DNA from: Gammaproteobacteria bacterium | Lineage (GTDB): Bacteria; Pseudomonadota; Gammaproteobacteria; Pseudomonadales; Pseudohongiellaceae | Reading direction: 5' to 3' | NCBI GenBank assembly: GCA_012960305.1 | Contig: DUBM01000009.1 | Location: 210,238-274,237 of the forward strand | DNA length: 64,000 nucleotides | Part shown: positions 29,217 to 42,807 of the stretch, in pieces | How positions within the stretch are numbered: position 1 is the stretch's first letter | Layout of the letters: each line of letters opens with the position of its first letter | Program-made: the position numbers and the translations under genes | The notes under the pieces: model-generated | What the model was told of the DNA's origin: nothing | Databases searched by the model: none | The model's input: the letters and a program-made list of their open reading frames with translations, nothing else

Positions 29217-29295
29217 TTAATCCTATCTTCCTATTATTAATTAGTCGGCCCGAACTACTTTGCGGTCGGCTTCGACGAGAGGCATCGCTTCCGCC

Positions 29296-30597
29296 TCAGT
29301 CTGTCACACAAAGCTCACGCAATAAGCTAGTGGCATAGGCCCCTCTAGATAAGGCAAATGTCAACTCTAAATCCTTCTCCGTCACCCAATCCCAATGTAG
29401 ATTTGATGGCAAAAAGCGCAACGGCCTACGCGACTCCCGTAGGGCAAAATATTTCAGCCCCAGCAGCAAACCATCATGCAGTTTTAACGTTGCATCTTCA
29501 ATATCGGCAGCTTCGGCTCTGCATAGATATCTATCTTTAGGGTCTCTGAGCCCTGGCAATGGCCCGGTGATATGGATATCGAAGGTATTGAGGCGCTCCT
29601 GCAATTCTTTATCCCAAGATTGATCTGCTTTTAGCGCAAAAAACCGATTGGTGCCATGTAGATTTAGCACATCGCCTTTTATGTATTGACTCCAGGTTTG
29701 ACTCTCCAGCCGCTCCGACAAAAGCTGGTTAAATAGATAGGAACGGGCAGCAGAAAAGAGCATCGAGCGCTTTCTGCGGCCTAGATCTACGCCACGCTCC
29801 GCATTTGACTCATCGTCAACGCTGACTTCCCCAGCATTATTAAGAGCAGCATCCATCAACTCAGACACTTGCACAAGGTTACTGAGATTGTTGCCAAAAC
29901 GCTGAGGACCAAAGTAATTTGGAATTCCCTTAGTTAACATGCTGCTAAGACGGGCATCAAAATCATCTTTGCTTCCCACGCAATTGCGTAGCAATATTTT
30001 GAAGTGATTAAGCTTGTGTGAACCAAGCTTTATTTTCCGAGAATTTCGTTGAAATTTTAGAATGACCAATTCTTTCACAGCGGGCTTATTCTCCGATGAA
30101 TTGCCATTTTCGGACTTTAACAATGGCTGCAGAATTGCCGCATCTAACTGAAGTTGCTTTGACCGAGAAGTGGTGATTGGCAGCTGAATACTAAACCACT
30201 GGGTACATTCCCCACATTTATCCTTCATCCCGGAATAACTGATTTTGTGAATTTCCGCACCTGTTAAGTCGCTGAGCTTTTTCGCCACCTCATTAGTGGA
30301 AAGATCTTTCTTCCTTACCTGCACACAAAGGTGCTCACCTTTACCGGATAAATCAAAACCTAATTCTTCATCGACACAGAAATCAGAAATTTCTTGTTTC
30401 AGTTCAGCGCGCAATTGAGGCTTGCCTTGAAGATAGCTCAGCTCACTTAACCGAGTATATAAATTAACTTTGTTAGTCGACGCGTTGATTTTAATATTAA
30501 TCCTTGTAATAGTGTTTATTGAGAGGGGTGTATTAAACTTTGCCAACCAACAGCACAACAGCGTGACAGGCGATGCCTTCCTTATTTCCAATAGCAC
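29296..30597 (-). CDS. truD: tRNA pseudouridine(13) synthase TruD
   Basis: YLQGKP, GEHLCVQV, KDK...TQWFS and GIPNYFGPQRFG motifs. The ORF-track start overlaps ispF by 65 nt and the first ~50 aa have no TruD counterpart, so the start is uncertain. Confidence 0.88.
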   Translation of the reverse strand: MLLEIRKASPVTLLCCWLAKFNTPLSINTITRINIKINASTNKVNLYTRLSELSYLQGKPQLRAELKQEISDFCVDEELGFDLSGKGEHLCVQVRKKDLSTNEVAKKLSDLTGAEIHKISYSGMKDKCGECTQWFSIQLPITTSRSKQLQLDAAILQPLLKSENGNSSENKPAVKELVILKFQRNSRKIKLGSHKLNHFKILLRNCVGSKDDFDARLSSMLTKGIPNYFGPQRFGNNLSNLVQVSELMDAALNNAGEVSVDDESNAERGVDLGRRKRSMLFSAARSYLFNQLLSERLESQTWSQYIKGDVLNLHGTNRFFALKADQSWDKELQERLNTFDIHITGPLPGLRDPKDRYLCRAEAADIEDATLKLHDGLLLGLKYFALRESRRPLRFLPSNLHWDWVTEKDLELTFALSRGAYATSLLRELCVTD

Positions 30598-31030
30598 CTA
30601 AACCTTCAGTTGTAGTTGCTTTGATATTGATACGTGAAATGTCGATGTTGAGTAAATTCGATAAACTATCTAGAAAGCTCTGTCTATGTGGAGCCAATTT
30701 CGGGACTTGAGCTATAACAGTAATATCTATATTACCAATGAAGAAATTTTCCCTAGCCAATAACCTCATAACTTGTGCCAGTAATTTGGCGCTGGACACC
30801 CCTGCTAGATTTGGATCTGTGTCTGGAAAGTGTTGACCTATATCTCCAGCGCCAGCAGCTCCGAGCAAGGCATCGCAGAGCGCATGTAAAATCAAATCAC
30901 CATCGGAATGCGCCAATAGCGAAAGCTCATCAGGTAATGTAACTCCCGCCAATACAAGAGGTTTAGTGGTTGAAAATTCATCTGTAAAACGATGAACATC
31001 ATAGCCATGGCCGATTCTTGTTTCAGTCAT
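30533..31030 (-). CDS. ispF: 2-C-methyl-D-erythritol 2,4-cyclodiphosphate synthase
   Basis: RIGHGYDVHRF, HSDGD and a TTTEGLG-like C-terminus. The start is set to the ATG at 31030, preceded by AAGGG, rather than the TTG at 31051. Confidence 0.95.
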   Translation of the reverse strand: MTETRIGHGYDVHRFTDEFSTTKPLVLAGVTLPDELSLLAHSDGDLILHALCDALLGAAGAGDIGQHFPDTDPNLAGVSSAKLLAQVMRLLARENFFIGNIDITVIAQVPKLAPHRQSFLDSLSNLLNIDISRINIKATTTEGLGAIGNKEGIACHAVVLLVGKV

Positions 31031-31109
31031 CGTTGCCCTTTTCTCTTGCAACAGTTGTCAATTTCATCTCACAGTAAATTATTATGTTTTGGTTAATGAA
31101 CAATCTAAT

Positions 31110-31811
31110 CTAACTAGCCTCACTCTGTTGTAGCTCCAAAATTTTCCCTGCTAGCTCGAGATCTGCATCAGTCGTTATTTTTATGTTATCGGTCTTGCCC
31201 TTAACCATTAACGCAACATGTCCCAACAGTTCTATCGCTGCGGCTTCGTCAGTTACAACAAGACCTTGAGAAGCCACGACTTCTAGCGCTTCTCGCAAAA
31301 TTCCATAACGAAACATCTGCGGTGTTAAAGCACTCCAACAATTGCTGCGATCTATTGTTCTTTGAATTTCTGCTTGCTCATTCACTTCTTTAAGTGTATC
31401 CGCAACCGGAGAGCCTAAAACCCCTCCTATTGCATGGAACTTAAGCGTTGCGATTAACTTTTCGATATCAGCTTCTCGAACGCAGGGTCTCACAGCATCG
31501 TGGACCAAGACCCAATCACTCACTTCTGCTTTTTCTTCAAGGGAATTCAAACCGTTTAATACTGATTGATAACGCTGATCGCCACCAATCACTGTGCGTA
31601 CAGACTTCGGGTAGGAAGTTTTGAGTGAAGACCAATAACTGTCAGTCTCATTTAATACAACTACAATTTCTTTAATTGATACGATGTTTAGAAGACGTCT
31701 CAAGGTCGATTCGATGACCGTAGCGTCATTTAGCGAAAGGTACTGTTTGGGTGTAATCGACCCCATACGGCGACCGATGCCAGCGGCTGGCAAAATAGCC
31801 CAAATTGTCAT
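31110..31811 (-). CDS. ispD: 2-C-methyl-D-erythritol 4-phosphate cytidylyltransferase
   Basis: 233 aa with LPAAGIGRRMG and VHDAVRPC motifs, in the ispD-ispF pair. Confidence 0.95.
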   Translation of the reverse strand: MTIWAILPAAGIGRRMGSITPKQYLSLNDATVIESTLRRLLNIVSIKEIVVVLNETDSYWSSLKTSYPKSVRTVIGGDQRYQSVLNGLNSLEEKAEVSDWVLVHDAVRPCVREADIEKLIATLKFHAIGGVLGSPVADTLKEVNEQAEIQRTIDRSNCWSALTPQMFRYGILREALEVVASQGLVVTDEAAAIELLGHVALMVKGKTDNIKITTDADLELAGKILELQQSEAS

Positions 31812-31891
31812 AATTAATTCTTCTGCTTTGATGGATCTCGGTTTACCGATTCCCCAAACTTCTAGTAGATCGAACGAATAGAGTAAGAAAT

Positions 31892-32164
31892 TTAATCAAC
31901 GATCAAATAATAAGTTTCACCCTTTCCAATCATCCCCAGCTCAGAACGAGCCCGTTCTTCGATAGCCTCAACACCATTCTTAAGATCAACGACTTCGACC
32001 TGAAGGATGTCGTTGCGTTTTTCTAACTCCTGATTGGTTACTCGTTGTGCCTCAAGTTCAACCTCAAGCATATTTAAAGCACGCACACTGCCACCACCTA
32101 GCCACAATTGATATTGCAGAGTGAGAAAAATAAAACCCAAGAAAGCAAAAAACAACTTCATCAT
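31892..32164 (-). CDS. ftsB: cell division protein FtsB
   Basis: 90 aa with one N-terminal TM helix and a coiled-coil (LEVELEAQRVTNQELEKRNDIL). It lies between eno and ispD, the usual position. Confidence 0.9.
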   Translation of the reverse strand: MMKLFFAFLGFIFLTLQYQLWLGGGSVRALNMLEVELEAQRVTNQELEKRNDILQVEVVDLKNGVEAIEERARSELGMIGKGETYYLIVD

Positions 32165-32228
32165 AACTATCTTAATTCTCTATCTAAGTTCTCGATCTAA
32201 AATTTCAAAATTTCGTGACTGACACTGC

Positions 32229-33542
<1,314 letters not shown>

Positions 33543-33591
33543 TTATTATTTAATCTATATTATGATACTACACTGGAGGAATTCTTTGACC

Positions 33592-34437
33592 CTAGGAGGT
33601 ATCCACACGGGAGAAACCTTTTACTAAGCTGTCTATTGCTTTCATTTGCTCAAGGAATGGCTTCAGTGCCGACAAGCGGAGTGCGCAGGGACCGTCACAA
33701 AGAGCTTTATCAGGATCAGGATGAGCTTCCAAAAACAATCCAGCCAAGCCCTGAGATAAGCCCGCTCTCGCAAGCGATGTTACATCTGCACGCCTGCCGT
33801 CGGCGCTGGATGACAAACCGCCGGGCCTTTGTAATGAGTGAGTAACATCAAACATAACGGGATAGCTAAACTGCTTGAGGGTGGAAAAACCCAGCATGTC
33901 CACGACTAGATTGTTATATCCGAAGCTGCTGCCTCTTTCGCAAAGAATAAGCCGCTCATTGCCAGCGTTTTTGAATTTCTTGAGGATATGCCCCATCTCA
34001 GCTGGAGCAAGAAACTGGGCTTTCTTGATATTGATAGCAGCCCCAGTTGCTGCCATCGCTGCTACCAGATCAGTTTGCCTAGATAAAAAAGCCGGCAATT
34101 GCAGAATGTCTGCCACTTCACTTACGGCCTGAGCCTGATTGGTCTGATGTATATCGGTAATTATAGGAACGGAAAATTGCTGCTTAATTTCAGCCAATAT
34201 TTCTAAGCCTTTCTCCAGACCAGGCCCTCTATAGGAATCAAGTGCAGAGCGATTAGCTTTATCGAAGGAAGCCTTAAAGACATAAGGAATTTGCAACTGT
34301 TCTGCGGCGCTTTTGAATTCCTCGGCGACTTGCAGAGCAATGTCTCTGGACTCCAAAACATTAAGACCGCCAAACAGCACAAATGGCTGATCGTTAGCGA
34401 TGGTAATATCGGCAACTTTGATCTGCTTGCAAGTCAT
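33592..34437 (-). CDS. kdsA: 3-deoxy-8-phosphooctulonate synthase
   Basis: 281 aa collinear with E. coli KdsA ([46 protein letters not shown]). Confidence 0.97.
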   Translation of the reverse strand: MTCKQIKVADITIANDQPFVLFGGLNVLESRDIALQVAEEFKSAAEQLQIPYVFKASFDKANRSALDSYRGPGLEKGLEILAEIKQQFSVPIITDIHQTNQAQAVSEVADILQLPAFLSRQTDLVAAMAATGAAINIKKAQFLAPAEMGHILKKFKNAGNERLILCERGSSFGYNNLVVDMLGFSTLKQFSYPVMFDVTHSLQRPGGLSSSADGRRADVTSLARAGLSQGLAGLFLEAHPDPDKALCDGPCALRLSALKPFLEQMKAIDSLVKGFSRVDTS

Positions 34438-34593
34438 GTTAAGTAATTATTCCTGTGTAGTGTAGTGCTGTATTTCTACTTAGGTAGCAGCTGGTTTGGT
34501 CGTTTGTTTAACGGCTTTTTGCTATTTCTTTATTTTTAGCAGTTAAGCTTGAACAACTTTCGCCGCTTTCAAATCCATTACTGTAGCCTCATC

Positions 34594-36252
<1,659 letters not shown>

Positions 36253-36388
36253 TCAATAAGTCGAATCAGTCGAGCACTGACACTTGCAGATGGAGCTACA
36301 GCTTACTGGAAAGACTCAACAACCACAATCTGATTTGTCTTTCAGAGGGCACTTAAAGGCAGCAAAATGCCAATAAAATGATAGCCAA

Positions 36389-37798
36389 TTAAGATTTTGC
36401 GACAGGATTCAAGTCGGGTCGCAACCATTCCACCAAAACCCCCTGCTCACCAGATAGGGCTGCATACGATTCTGCGACGCCGATTGCTGGAATACATACA
36501 AGCTCCTCCCCGAAATAGAGTAGTGGAAAGCGATCTCTAAACCAGGGTTCTACATTATGTTCCTGCATTAATTTTTTCACCGCCTTGGTTGGTCTGCCTA
36601 ACAGCTTGCAAGACTCGCCTCCACTTCGATAACGAACGCTAAGGCCCGGTTTTACTGAAAGTTTTAATCCCTTACCCACCACATTAGCAATTTGCAAGCT
36701 GCCATTTTCCTCAAGATCCAATACCGCCGTGTTATTCATATTCCAGGTGTAAGTCCTATGATAAGAAAACGTAGAGACGCCTCTTAATACATAGAGGCAG
36801 GATTTATAACACAGAAGTTCATAGCCCTCTCCCACTACAATTGCACTACTATTCGCTGCGCCCGCTACCACTTCATTGCAAAGCTGTTGTAATTTATTCC
36901 AACCCAGGTCTGGCAGCTGAAGTTGCTTCAACCAGTAGCGTAGCAAGTTTCGCTGCCTAGGCTTAGATAAACTCCGCAAAGGCTCCAACAAGATCACTGT
37001 TCGTTGAGCACTTTCAACGATCTGAAAATCCTGCTCAGCCAATTCTTGTAGCAGTGACTCCGATTCAGCGGACAGCTCAATCGTCTTACTCCAACTGTCT
37101 CGATAATTTGGCCAACGCTGTTCAACAATAGGGAGAAGCTTGTGACGAATGAAGTTTCGGTGAAAGCTAGTATCTTCGTTCGATTTATCGACGACCCACT
37201 GCAGCTTGTTCAACTTGGCCCAATTCTGTAATTTACTCCAATCAAAATCGAGTAGTGGTCTAAATAAAAGCCCTTTCCCAAGTTTCCTTGCTCTGGGCAT
37301 TGCGCTCAGCCCTTTGGTGCCAGCTCCTCGCATAAGTCGAAATAAAAGCGTCTCTACCTGATCGTCGCGATGGTGAGCCAACAACAAGACTTCACCTTCA
37401 GTAAGGTTGACTTCAAAGGCCGCATACCGAGCCTCTCTCGCTGCATTCTCGAGGTTAGGGATCTTATTTAAGCCCCTGTTATGACTAGCTTCACCGGACG
37501 TAGCGCTGCCAGTTGTCTGAATGTTTGCGTTTTCGATCTGTAGCGAAATTTCTAATTGGGAGCAAATCTTCACGCAATGATCGGCCCAATTATTGGCATG
37601 TGACTGCAAGCCATGATTTACATGCAAAGCACGTAAGGAGAATCCTAGCCTCCCCTCAGTCTGCAATTGATGCAGTGCATGAAGCAGGACTATTGAATCC
37701 ATACCTCCACTGAGCCCCACCATGGCAGAGCGCGATGAAGGCATCTCCTCAAGAATGCTTGCAAGATTATCCAGATCAAAATTCATAGCTGAAAGCAT
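36389..37798 (-). CDS. tilS: tRNA(Ile)-lysidine synthetase
   Basis: 469 aa with the PP-loop VGLSGGMDS and HHRDDQVET motifs. It lies next to accA, the usual position. Confidence 0.92.
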   Translation of the reverse strand: MLSAMNFDLDNLASILEEMPSSRSAMVGLSGGMDSIVLLHALHQLQTEGRLGFSLRALHVNHGLQSHANNWADHCVKICSQLEISLQIENANIQTTGSATSGEASHNRGLNKIPNLENAAREARYAAFEVNLTEGEVLLLAHHRDDQVETLLFRLMRGAGTKGLSAMPRARKLGKGLLFRPLLDFDWSKLQNWAKLNKLQWVVDKSNEDTSFHRNFIRHKLLPIVEQRWPNYRDSWSKTIELSAESESLLQELAEQDFQIVESAQRTVILLEPLRSLSKPRQRNLLRYWLKQLQLPDLGWNKLQQLCNEVVAGAANSSAIVVGEGYELLCYKSCLYVLRGVSTFSYHRTYTWNMNNTAVLDLEENGSLQIANVVGKGLKLSVKPGLSVRYRSGGESCKLLGRPTKAVKKLMQEHNVEPWFRDRFPLLYFGEELVCIPAIGVAESYAALSGEQGVLVEWLRPDLNPVAKS

Positions 37799-37894
37799 AG
37801 GTGGTCAGTGCTAGGAATGAAAGCAGAAGAAATAAAAGAGCAACATCACCGTGGCAGCAGATCTGAAATCAAGTTTTGGACCCGTTACACCTTA

Positions 37895-38848
37895 CTAAGA
37901 ACTTATTCCGTAACTCATCAATCGATCGTAACGGCGCGCTACCAAATCATCGAGGTCCATTGCTTGTAAACGATCAAGCTGTTCCAGAAGGGCAAGTTTA
38001 ATATTAGTCGCAGCAACTGCGACATCTCGATGCGCACCTCCGAGAGGCTCAGGAATGGTTTTATCAACAATACCCAATTCTTCTAACCGAACCGAAGTTA
38101 CTCCCATCGCTTCGGCAGCAGCGGAAGCGTACTCTGAGGATTTCCACAAAATCGTTGCGCAGCCTTCCGGTGTTATGACGGTGTAAGTGGAGTACTGCAG
38201 CATATTTAATTGATCAGACACTCCAATTGCAATTGCACCACCGGAGTTTGCCTCGCCGGTCACAGTTGCTATTATCGGTGTTCGAATACGCGACATCATT
38301 GCCATATTTTCAGCAATAGCTTCATTAATACCACGCTCTTCGGCATCCATTCCAGGATAAGCGCCAGGTGTATCAATAAAGGTTAATACCGGCAAGCGAT
38401 ACTGCTCTGCTAGATTTACCAATCGGCGGGCTTTTCTATAGCCTTCAGGTCTCGGCATGCCAAAATTATGCCGAACTTTCTCTTTTGTGCCTCTACCTTT
38501 TTGATGCCCAATGATCACTACCGGACGATCGTCTATTTTTGCAATGCCACCTATAATCGCGAGATCATCGGCAAATAAACGATCACCATGGAGCTCGTCA
38601 AAATCAGTAAAAATGTGCTGAATGTAGTCAAGAGTGTAGGGGCGTAAAGGGTGCCTTGCCACCTGGGAAATTTGCCAGGAGGATAGGTTAGTGTAAATTT
38701 TCTCTGTGAGCTTTACGCTCTTGTCTTTTAAATTTTTAATCTCTTCGCTGATATTAATCTCGTTGTCAGTCCCAACGAGTCTTAACTCACTAATCTTTGC
38801 TTCAAGTTCAGCGATTGGTTGTTCAAATTCAAGATAATTTGGATCCAT
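37895..38848 (-). CDS. accA: acetyl-CoA carboxylase carboxyltransferase alpha subunit
   Basis: 317 aa collinear with E. coli AccA ([30 protein letters not shown]-like SGGAIAIG). Confidence 0.98.
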   Translation of the reverse strand: MDPNYLEFEQPIAELEAKISELRLVGTDNEINISEEIKNLKDKSVKLTEKIYTNLSSWQISQVARHPLRPYTLDYIQHIFTDFDELHGDRLFADDLAIIGGIAKIDDRPVVIIGHQKGRGTKEKVRHNFGMPRPEGYRKARRLVNLAEQYRLPVLTFIDTPGAYPGMDAEERGINEAIAENMAMMSRIRTPIIATVTGEANSGGAIAIGVSDQLNMLQYSTYTVITPEGCATILWKSSEYASAAAEAMGVTSVRLEELGIVDKTIPEPLGGAHRDVAVAATNIKLALLEQLDRLQAMDLDDLVARRYDRLMSYGISS

Positions 38849-38893
38849 ACTATTCTTAAAGTTCTTAATGTTTTGCGTAAAATCATTCTCTGA

Positions 38894-41800
38894 CTAGTTC
38901 AAGGAACTGGGTTTCTTGTAGGCCAATACAACTTTATCTTTGCCGTACTCCGACCTTAATTTTTGGATAAGATCATCAGTAGGCGAAATCAGCCAATCTC
39001 GACCTAACATTATACACCCCTTTGAAGTCTGGCGCTGAAGGTTCACGACCACTTGGCAGCCATCCACAAGTTTGTCGGCAGACTCTTGAGCAGCATTATG
39101 CCATTTGTGCACCGAACTAATGTCTGTGGAGTCAGGTATGGATCCAGGAGCTGAACTGGAGAATGACCCGGAGAGTGCACTAAGAGGAATTGCTGGCGTC
39201 TCATTTATCTTTCTGTAAGGAGCGAGAATGGTCGCCAAATGTTCACAAAAATCACCGGGCAATGAATCGGACTTAAGATTCAAAGCGAGACGACTTGCAT
39301 ACTTCTTGCGCGCTTGCGCCAATGTCAAAACGTACTTAGCCCGACCTCGCACCCCTCCGCTGTTATCATCCACACTCACAGTACATTCAACTATGAGAAT
39401 TACATCTATTTGTAGTACATCTCTAAATTTCTCATATTCTTTCGCAAATACTGACACCTCAAATAGACCACTACGATCATCCAACGTCAGAAAGGCAATT
39501 GTATCTCCAGCTTTATTCTTCATAGCACGTATTCCATGGAGCAAACCGGCTACCAATTGTGTCCGACGTTCTGGTCGCAATCTCGCGATTCTATCCTTGG
39601 TAATGTGTGCTAATTCGGGAAGAAATTCGTCAATCGGGTGGCCGGACAAATATAAACCAAGAGTTTCTTTTTCTGCCAACAATCTTTGTTGTTCAGGCCA
39701 TGGCCGGTATTTAAAACTCGAACTGGCATCAGAAAAATGAGTCGGCTCCGCTGGCGCTATGTCACCGAACAGATCTTCAACTCCACTAGCAGTATTCCGG
39801 CTGCTTTGCTCTGCAGCCTGCATCACGGATGGTAACATGACTGACAATAAGGCTCTCGAATTATCAATATCTCCTTCTACAAAATGGTCGAGTGCACCAG
39901 ATTTTATCAGTGCCTGCAAAGTTCGTTTATTGACGTTTTGTGGATCAATTCGCTCACACAATTCCAACAACGACGTAAATGGCCCATCTTTTCTGGCAGC
40001 GAGCAAGCCGTCAACTGGCCCTTCGCCCAAGCCCTTTATTGCGCCCAATCCGTAAACGATTTCGCTGGCATCGTTCACTGTGAAATTGAACTGCCCGATG
40101 TTTACATCAGGAGGCACGATAGTTAGATCCATGGATCTGCACTCATCGATGAGTGTCACGATTTTGTCTGTGCTCTGCATATCCGCAGAGAGCACTGCAG
40201 CCATAAAATATGCAGGGTAGTGTGTTTTTAGCCATGCTGTTTGATAAGAAACCATAGCATAGGCAGCGGAGTGAGATTTGTTAAAGCCATAGCCAGCAAA
40301 TTTTTCCATTAGGTCGAAGATGGATTCGGCCAATTCCTCATCGATTCCCCTAGCTTTCGCGCCATCAGTAAATGTCACTCGCTGTTTTGCCATTTCATTG
40401 GGATCTTTCTTGCCCATAGCTTTTCGCAGAATGTCTGCGCCGCCTAGGGTGTAATTAGCGAGAACCTGGGCGATCTGCATTACCTGTTCCTGGTAGAGAA
40501 TGACACCGTAAGTATTGGATAACACTGACTCTAGCTCAGGATGCGGATAAACCACACTGGTACGACCATGTTTTCGATCAATGAAGTCATCAACCATCCC
40601 CGACTGTAACGGGCCAGGCCTGAATAAGGCCACCAGCGCAATAATATCTTCAAAAGAATTGGGCACCTGACGCTTAATTAGCTCTTTCATACCGCGGGAT
40701 TCCAGCTGGAAAACCGCTGTGGTTTCACCTTTTTGTAACAGCCGGTAAACCAGCTCATCGTCTAATGGCAATTTATCAATGCTGACCTTTTGGCCTAGAG
40801 TCCCTCCTTCGTGACTCGAACCGTCACAGTTACGTGCCTGGGAATTGATCATTTTCACTGCCCAATCAATAATGGTCAGTGTTCTAAGGCCAAGAAAGTC
40901 AAACTTTACCAGGCCGGCAGTCTCAACATCATTTTTGTCGAATTGGGTGACCAAACCTTGACTAGCCTCAACACAGTACAGGGGCGTAAAATCTGTCAGC
41001 TTCGTCGGCGCAATAACTACACCCCCAGCATGCTTACCTACATTTCTGGTGATGCCTTCCAGCTTGTAGGCCATCTCTATGATCTCTTGAGCATCTTCAT
41101 CTGCATCGACAAATTGACCGAGCTGAGGCTCAACTTCAAATGCTTTCTTTAAGGTTATTCCTGGCTCAAAGGGAATAAGTTTTGAAAGCTTATCCGCTAA
41201 CGAATAGGGTTTTCCCTGCACCCGCGCAACATCACGAACAACAGCCTTTGCCGCCATGGTGCCGAATGTAATAATTTGGGACACGGCATCTTTGCCATAG
41301 AGTTCCGCCACATGCTGAATAACTGCATCGCGCCCTACCATGCAGAAATCCACGTCGAAGTCTGGCATGGATACCCGTTCCGGATTGAGAAAGCGCTCGA
41401 AAAGCAGATCATATTTGAGGGGATCTAAATCGGTAATCCCTAATGAATAGGCGACAATCGAGCCGGCTCCTGAACCTCGGCCAGGCCCCACAGGAATATC
41501 TGAGTCTTTCGCCCATTGAATAAATTCCATTACAATCAGGAAATAGCCAGCGAAACCCATTTGATTTATCACCTGTAATTCCAGATATAGTCGTTCGTGA
41601 TAAGGCTTTATCAGCTCCTGATAAGTGGTTTCATTTTGTTCTCGCGACTTACACTCTTTTCCAAAAATAGTTAGCAGTCTTTTCTCCAAGCCTTCTGCAC
41701 TAAGCTTGGTTAAGTATTGATCGATGTTATAGCCATCCGGGATAGGGTAGTTCGGCAAACAAGGAGTGCCGAGATTTAAAGTCAGATTACAACGCTTGAC

Positions 41801-42673
41801 GATTTCAAAGGCATTCTGCAAAGCCTCGGGGACATCGGCAAAAAGCTGCGTCATTTCATCGCCAGTTTTTAGATATTGTTCTTCTGTGTAGTTACGTGGT
41901 CGTCTAGAATCCCCCAAAGTGCGACGGTCATTAATACATACTCTGACTTCATGGGCTTCGAAGTCATCTCTAGAGATAAAGCGGACATCGTTGGTAGCCA
42001 CAACCGGGCATCCCGTCCTCAAAGACATTGCCAACGCCAGCTCGATGTATTCTTCTTCGCCGTTTTTACCGACACGTTGTAGTTCGAGATAAAAGCTCTC
42101 AGGAAACATTTTTCGCCACTGACTCAACAATTCATGAGCTAACTCCATATCTCCCTGCAGTAGTGCTTCGCCAATGTCACTTTCCTGAGCACCCGACAGC
42201 GCGATTAAGCCTTCGGCATGCTGTGCTAGCTTAGCCTTGCGAATAACCGGCACGCCGCTAGAAGTATTCTCGGTGTAAAGGTCAGAGATTAGCTGGGTTA
42301 AGTTTAAATACCCTGTGTGATTTTTAACCAGCAAAACTAATCGAGTCTGAGTATTTTGATTCTCATCAGCAATTAGCACATCGCAACCACAGATTGGTTT
42401 TATTCCAGTCTTCAATGCATTGCTGTAATATTTAATTAGGGCGAACAGATTGGCCATGTCCGTTACTGCGACCGCCGGCATCTCTAACTCCACCATTCGA
42501 GTGATGAGTGGTTTGATAGCAATCAGCCCATCGCTTATAGAAAACTCAGAATGTAGCCGCAAATGAATGAACGGCTGAACGAGGTTTGGCTGCGAAAACG
42601 CTTGTGGCGATGTTTGAGAACCGGCTTTAGAGAAAGCTTGTGAAGGGACTATTGAAGCAGAATTTTCAAGCAT
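38894..42673 (-). CDS. dnaE: DNA polymerase III alpha subunit
   Basis: 1259 aa with the PHP domain FIHLRLHSEFS, PDFDVDF and the GFNKSHSAAY fingers motif. It also has a ~27-aa N-terminal extension and a ~45-aa S-rich insert near the C-terminus. Confidence 0.97.
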   Translation of the reverse strand: MLENSASIVPSQAFSKAGSQTSPQAFSQPNLVQPFIHLRLHSEFSISDGLIAIKPLITRMVELEMPAVAVTDMANLFALIKYYSNALKTGIKPICGCDVLIADENQNTQTRLVLLVKNHTGYLNLTQLISDLYTENTSSGVPVIRKAKLAQHAEGLIALSGAQESDIGEALLQGDMELAHELLSQWRKMFPESFYLELQRVGKNGEEEYIELALAMSLRTGCPVVATNDVRFISRDDFEAHEVRVCINDRRTLGDSRRPRNYTEEQYLKTGDEMTQLFADVPEALQNAFEIVKRCNLTLNLGTPCLPNYPIPDGYNIDQYLTKLSAEGLEKRLLTIFGKECKSREQNETTYQELIKPYHERLYLELQVINQMGFAGYFLIVMEFIQWAKDSDIPVGPGRGSGAGSIVAYSLGITDLDPLKYDLLFERFLNPERVSMPDFDVDFCMVGRDAVIQHVAELYGKDAVSQIITFGTMAAKAVVRDVARVQGKPYSLADKLSKLIPFEPGITLKKAFEVEPQLGQFVDADEDAQEIIEMAYKLEGITRNVGKHAGGVVIAPTKLTDFTPLYCVEASQGLVTQFDKNDVETAGLVKFDFLGLRTLTIIDWAVKMINSQARNCDGSSHEGGTLGQKVSIDKLPLDDELVYRLLQKGETTAVFQLESRGMKELIKRQVPNSFEDIIALVALFRPGPLQSGMVDDFIDRKHGRTSVVYPHPELESVLSNTYGVILYQEQVMQIAQVLANYTLGGADILRKAMGKKDPNEMAKQRVTFTDGAKARGIDEELAESIFDLMEKFAGYGFNKSHSAAYAMVSYQTAWLKTHYPAYFMAAVLSADMQSTDKIVTLIDECRSMDLTIVPPDVNIGQFNFTVNDASEIVYGLGAIKGLGEGPVDGLLAARKDGPFTSLLELCERIDPQNVNKRTLQALIKSGALDHFVEGDIDNSRALLSVMLPSVMQAAEQSSRNTASGVEDLFGDIAPAEPTHFSDASSSFKYRPWPEQQRLLAEKETLGLYLSGHPIDEFLPELAHITKDRIARLRPERRTQLVAGLLHGIRAMKNKAGDTIAFLTLDDRSGLFEVSVFAKEYEKFRDVLQIDVILIVECTVSVDDNSGGVRGRAKYVLTLAQARKKYASRLALNLKSDSLPGDFCEHLATILAPYRKINETPAIPLSALSGSFSSSAPGSIPDSTDISSVHKWHNAAQESADKLVDGCQVVVNLQRQTSKGCIMLGRDWLISPTDDLIQKLRSEYGKDKVVLAYKKPSSLN

Positions 42674-42807
42674 ACAAGTCGTTTAAACTGGATGAATAAT
42701 AGAGTAACAATATACTCTCTTTCAAGAATCGTTTCGACACGAAAGCATGGCACTAATGCATAGAATTTTAATTTTTAATCTAAGCATTCGCTTCGATCAA
42801 ATTTTTC

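Noticed and set aside
39228-39740. Long ORFs antisense to or out of frame with well-supported genes. Examples are 39228..39740 and 39759..40055 in dnaE, 10935..11207 in the decarboxylase gene, 51171..51509 in rseP, 57458..57730 in rpsB, 63411..63731 in dapD and 9996..10346 in the ToxR-like gene.
   Set aside because: They are shadow ORFs inside genes whose products are collinear with known families. Their translations are low-complexity, rich in S, R, A and P, and have no recognisable motifs.
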